Part shown: positions 60,353 to 64,000 of the stretch, piece by piece
How positions within the stretch are numbered: position 1 is the stretch's first letter
How the letters are laid out: each line of letters starts with the position of its first letter
Source of the DNA: an uncultured Verrucomicrobiota bacterium
Lineage (GTDB): Bacteria > Verrucomicrobiota > Verrucomicrobiia > Limisphaerales > UBA1412
Assembly: GCA_944389455.1 (NCBI GenBank)
Contig: CALXMK010000006.1
Coordinates: 54,966-118,965 of the forward strand
Direction: 5' to 3'
DNA: 64,000 nt
Position numbers and translations under genes: made by a program
The notes under the pieces: model-generated
What the model was told of the DNA's origin: nothing
Seen by the model: only the letters and a program-made list of their open reading frames with translations
The model's database searches: none

Positions 60353-61152
60353 TGAGTATATCCGACCGTAAATACCCTGCTATCAGCATTAATGTCAATC
60401 GGCTTTCAAAGTCTTTTGATGGGATCCCAATTTTGAGAAATATCTCATTTAATGTCCAACCTGGAGAAATTTTTGTTTTAATGGGTCCTAGCGGATCCGG
60501 AAAAACCGTTCTTTTAAGACACTTAATTGGGTTGCTGACACCGGATCAAGGAGAAATTTCTATCGATGGCCAACATCCAGGAACTCCAGATTTCTTTGAC
60601 CACATTCCAATGGCAATGGTTTTTCAAAACGGAGGTCTTCTTAATTCCCTCTCTGTTGAAGAAAATGTTGGCCTTTATCTCAAAGAACATCGGTTAAAAC
60701 CTCCCGCACAAATCAAATCTATCGTTGGAAAAGAATTAACTAAATTAAATCTTACCGAAGAAGACGCGCGTAAATATCCGTACGAACTTTCCGGAGGAAT
60801 GAAAAAAAGGGTTGCCATCGCAAGAGCTATAGTAATGGAACCTAAAGTCGTTCTTTATGATGAACCAACCTCTGAGTTAGATCCAGTTGTCGCTAAGACT
60901 GTTGTTGATGAAATTCGCCGCATTCATCAGGAAGAAGGACAAACCACTGTAATTGTAACCCATGATCGAGAATTAGCATTTGAAATAGCAGATCATATTG
61001 CCATTTTGATTGATGGGACCTTACTTAAAATGGGAACCACTATGGAAATTAAAGAAATTCTTTCTCAAGCTATTCCTAAAGAGAATAAAAATCTAACAAA
61101 AGTAAAAAATTTTTTAACAATTAATTATAAAAGCATTTATAAAGGAGAATAA
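60352..61152 (+). CDS. mlaF: MlaF-family ABC ATPase
   Basis: GPSGSGKT, ELSGGMKKRVAIARA, LYDEPT, VTHD. Confidence 0.93.
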   Translation: MSISDRKYPAISINVNRLSKSFDGIPILRNISFNVQPGEIFVLMGPSGSGKTVLLRHLIGLLTPDQGEISIDGQHPGTPDFFDHIPMAMVFQNGGLLNSLSVEENVGLYLKEHRLKPPAQIKSIVGKELTKLNLTEEDARKYPYELSGGMKKRVAIARAIVMEPKVVLYDEPTSELDPVVAKTVVDEIRRIHQEEGQTTVIVTHDRELAFEIADHIAILIDGTLLKMGTTMEIKEILSQAIPKENKNLTKVKNFLTINYKSIYKGE

Positions 61153-61154
61153 CA

Positions 61155-62135
61155 ATGAATATGAATAAATTAGAAGTTCGCTTAGGTGTTTTTTTCCTCC
61201 TTATTTTATTGGTAGGAGTAATGATGATGGAACTCATTGGTGCACTAGCACCTCTTAAATCTGGACTAAATATTCAAACTCAGTTTAAAAATGTTCTTGA
61301 TCTGAAAAAAGGAGATCCTGTTCGCATAGCAGGTGTGCAAGTTGGAAGTGTCCGAGATATAAAACTAAAGGATAAGTCGGTTCTGGTGACAATGAAAATT
61401 AAACATAACACCGGAATTACAACTGATAGTACCGCAACTATTAAATTTCTCGGCATGATGGGACAAAACTACATTAATATTGATTTTGCGGAAACAGGAA
61501 TGCCTATTTATGATGGAGCAATGCTTCTAAGTCAGGAACAGCCCGATTTAAGTATGCTCATGACTAAACTAGACAATGTGGTCAGCGGAATTGATGAACT
61601 AACACGGAATTTCAGCTCTGATTCAATAAGTTCCATGATGATGCCTATAACCGATTTTATTAAAGAAAACAAAGACTCCCTCTCCTCAATTGGCCCAATT
61701 CTGGTAAATGTAAGAAATATTACTTCTGCCATTGCCAATGGCGAAGGCAGCATAGGTAAGATGATTCAAGAACCATCACTTTACACATCCGCGATGGGAT
61801 CACTTACTAATCTGGAGGTTACTCTTCAAAATGCTCAGTCTATTGCCTCTCAAGCTAAATGGATTCTAAATGATGTGCAGCAAGGTCGTGGTTCTATTGG
61901 AAAAATCCTCACTGAGGATTCTGTTTATGTTGAAATGAGAGACTCTCTCGCTAATTTAAGGGAAATCCTTCAAAAGGTTAATTCCGGCCGTGGTACAGCT
62001 GGAAAAATTGTTAACGATGCCGCACTTTACCAAAATGCTAAACTTACAATGCAAAAATTAGATATGGCTGCCGAAGGTTTAGAAGATCAAGGTCCTATTT
62101 CTGTAATTGGTTTAGCCGTTGGCTCTCTCTTTTAA
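61155..62135 (+). CDS. mlaD: MlaD/MCE family protein with long helical C-terminus
   Basis: TM, MCE domain (LKKGDPVRIAGVQVG...GMMGQNYI), then three G.G(S/T).GK helical repeats. Confidence 0.92.
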   Translation: MNMNKLEVRLGVFFLLILLVGVMMMELIGALAPLKSGLNIQTQFKNVLDLKKGDPVRIAGVQVGSVRDIKLKDKSVLVTMKIKHNTGITTDSTATIKFLGMMGQNYINIDFAETGMPIYDGAMLLSQEQPDLSMLMTKLDNVVSGIDELTRNFSSDSISSMMMPITDFIKENKDSLSSIGPILVNVRNITSAIANGEGSIGKMIQEPSLYTSAMGSLTNLEVTLQNAQSIASQAKWILNDVQQGRGSIGKILTEDSVYVEMRDSLANLREILQKVNSGRGTAGKIVNDAALYQNAKLTMQKLDMAAEGLEDQGPISVIGLAVGSLF

Positions 62136-62155
62136 TCGTATTGAAAAGCCGAAAT

Positions 62156-62875
62156 ATGAATCTATTTATTTTTGAAACTCAGGATGCGCTGGCTGAGGCT
62201 GCGGCAACTCTGTGGACAAAAAAAATTTGGGATAAAACTGATATGCGTATATGCCTTGCGGCGGGCAATACACCTATTCCTATTTATCAGAAGATGATAG
62301 ATTATTATCATCAAGGTCAGGTCTGTATGAGAGATATTGAAGCTTTTCAACTTAATGAATTCGGTTCTTTGCAATCTTTTCATTCTGGATTTACACAGAA
62401 TCTAATTCGAGAATGTTTGCTCAACTGGGTTGATTTTCCTGCAGGGCACTTCCAATGTATAAATCTTGAAGCAAAAGACCTAGATCTAGAGATAGCACGT
62501 TATGACTCCCTATTTGATCAGCCAATGGATTTGACCATTTTAGGAGTAGGAACAAATGGACAAATAGGGATGAATGAACCTGGCTCTCTGTCTGATTCTC
62601 CTACAAGAAAGATAAATCTTACACAACCCTCAATCCAAGCTGCTCGCTATTATCTAAAAGATCAAAATCTTCCTACTTGGGGAATCACTTTAGGAATGAA
62701 TCGAATCCTTCAATCTAAAGAAATATGGCTTCTTGCAACAGGTAAATACAAAGCGGGCGTTCTTAAACGAATAGTCTCTGAACCACCATCAGCCGTGACT
62801 CCTGCTTCTTGGCTATGCAACCATCCTAACTTTTCAATTTTCGCAGATCGTGAAGCTTCCGCTCAACTATTTTGA
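62156..62875 (+). CDS. NagB/6-phosphogluconolactonase-fold protein with substituted catalytic residues
   Basis: LAAGNTP, FQLNEF, GVGTNGQIGMNEPG, GITLGM, PASWL. Start ATG 62156 (track: TTG 62141). Confidence 0.85.
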   Translation: MNLFIFETQDALAEAAATLWTKKIWDKTDMRICLAAGNTPIPIYQKMIDYYHQGQVCMRDIEAFQLNEFGSLQSFHSGFTQNLIRECLLNWVDFPAGHFQCINLEAKDLDLEIARYDSLFDQPMDLTILGVGTNGQIGMNEPGSLSDSPTRKINLTQPSIQAARYYLKDQNLPTWGITLGMNRILQSKEIWLLATGKYKAGVLKRIVSEPPSAVTPASWLCNHPNFSIFADREASAQLF

Positions 62876-62891
62876 TTTCATCGCCTAATTT

Positions 62892-63857
62892 GTGAAAGAA
62901 CATAAAAACCTTTTTACCTGCACTCTTTCCAAAGAGCAAATTCAGAAGTTCCTGTTTCTATTGAAAGATTCGGGATCTGTTGTCACAGAGCTGATCCCAT
63001 ACGCACTCTATGCGCTTCGCATGGAAAACACCTCTGTCACACTTTATACATCTGGAAAACTTGTTATCCAGGGGAAAGGTACCTCTGAATTTGTCGAGAC
63101 TTTCCTCATTCCTTATATAATTGGAGAAAGCAGCGGAGAAAGTTTTCTTATAAAGCCAGATTACTCTCCACATATTGGAATCGATGAAAGCGGTAAAGGA
63201 GATTTTTTTGGACCTCTTTGTATTGCTGGAGTTTATGTAAACAGAGAAATTATCAAACACTGGGAAAAATCCGGAATCCAAGATAGCAAAAATATCAAAA
63301 GCGACAAAAAAATTACTGAACTGGCTCATCTTATTTGCACCACCCCTGGAGTTGTTCAAAATATTGTGACAATTGGGAATGAAGCCTATAATAGGCTTCA
63401 CGAGAAAATGAAATCCGTTAATAAAATTCTTGCATGGGGACACGCTAGAATTATTGAGAATCTCCTGACTCACTCTTATCAAATGAATCCTCTGCCTGAA
63501 AAAGCAATTTCTGATCAATTTTCAAATACGAAATCTACTATTGAAAAAGCACTGATGTCTCTTGGTAAAAATCTATTGCTAGAACAGATGCATAAAGCGG
63601 AAGCTGACATAGCAGTAGCGGCTGCTTCCATCCTAGCTCGTAATGAATTTGTAAAAAGACTTACTCAAATGTGCACTCAATATGGCATTACCTTCCCCAG
63701 AGGAGCAACTTCAGTAATAGATACCGGCAAAAAATTCGTCAATCGATATGGCAAAGAATTCCTCCCTAAAGTTGCTAAAATGCACTTTAGAACTTCTTTT
63801 ACCGTACTTGGATTACCAACTCCACCTAAAACAACCTGGTCAACAAATTCAAAGTGA
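62892..63857 (+). CDS. rnhC: Ribonuclease HIII
   Basis: N-terminal TBP-like YTSGKLVIQGKG; IGIDESGKGDFFGPL, QDSK, DQF, VAAASILAR, AKMHF. Confidence 0.95.
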   Translation: MKEHKNLFTCTLSKEQIQKFLFLLKDSGSVVTELIPYALYALRMENTSVTLYTSGKLVIQGKGTSEFVETFLIPYIIGESSGESFLIKPDYSPHIGIDESGKGDFFGPLCIAGVYVNREIIKHWEKSGIQDSKNIKSDKKITELAHLICTTPGVVQNIVTIGNEAYNRLHEKMKSVNKILAWGHARIIENLLTHSYQMNPLPEKAISDQFSNTKSTIEKALMSLGKNLLLEQMHKAEADIAVAAASILARNEFVKRLTQMCTQYGITFPRGATSVIDTGKKFVNRYGKEFLPKVAKMHFRTSFTVLGLPTPPKTTWSTNSK

Positions 63858-64000
63858 TTGTCCGCATTCTTATAGATGGCTATAACCTGCTCTATGCCTG
63901 GAAACATGTAGCGGCAGATAAAGAACGTTACTCTGAAGCGGCTAGAGATAGACTCATTGAAATTCTTCGAAAATATGCCGATACTTCATTAGCTCCGATT
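63854..64000 (+). CDS. NYN domain ribonuclease, YacP/Rae1-like (partial)
   Basis: Not in the track. GTG at 63854 overlaps the rnhC stop and gives MIVRILIDGYNLLYAW...AARDRLIEILRKY. Confidence 0.85.
   Translation, partial: MIVRILIDGYNLLYAWKHVAADKERYSEAARDRLIEILRKYADTSLAPI

Noticed and set aside
62958-63518. 186 aa minus-strand ORF, plus similar shadow ORFs at 18663, 27348, 32460 and 11923
   Set aside because: They lie opposite confidently identified genes and show no motifs of their own.

Overview
AT-rich, gene-dense bacterial core-genome window. It most likely comes from a Verrucomicrobiota (PVC) organism; this is inferred from the PVC-type prepilin protein, DUF1844, DUF3568-like lipoprotein, RNase HIII, scattered his/aro genes and mostly SD-less starts. 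It holds about 50 CDS: partial nuoB, rny, ygfA, rarA, ptsN-like, argS, AsmA-like, uppP, riboflavin synthase, aroB, cimA, pyrC, hisC, hisD, gpsA, plsY, htpG, RND pump, tatAC, SNF2 helicase, ispF, aroF, rph, zupT, nagB, paaK-like, mlaEFD, rnhC and a partial YacP-like gene. RNA genes are three tRNAs (Ser-CGA, Val-TAC, His-GTG) and a probable 6S RNA. I saw no transposase, integrase, prophage or CRISPR array. Best leads: (1) an Mce/Mla locus led by an aromatic-proline repeat protein and followed by a NagB paralogue lacking its catalytic Asp and His; (2) an AsmA-like protein with an internal tandem duplication of about 394 aa; (3) structured 5' leaders at nagB, tatA and ptsN-argS; (4) a TatC with a ~280 aa tail, in an operon with a protein carrying a degenerate Tat signal; (5) an orphan NuoN-like fragment; (6) several apparently leaderless genes. 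All calls come from motif recognition by eye; no database search was run.
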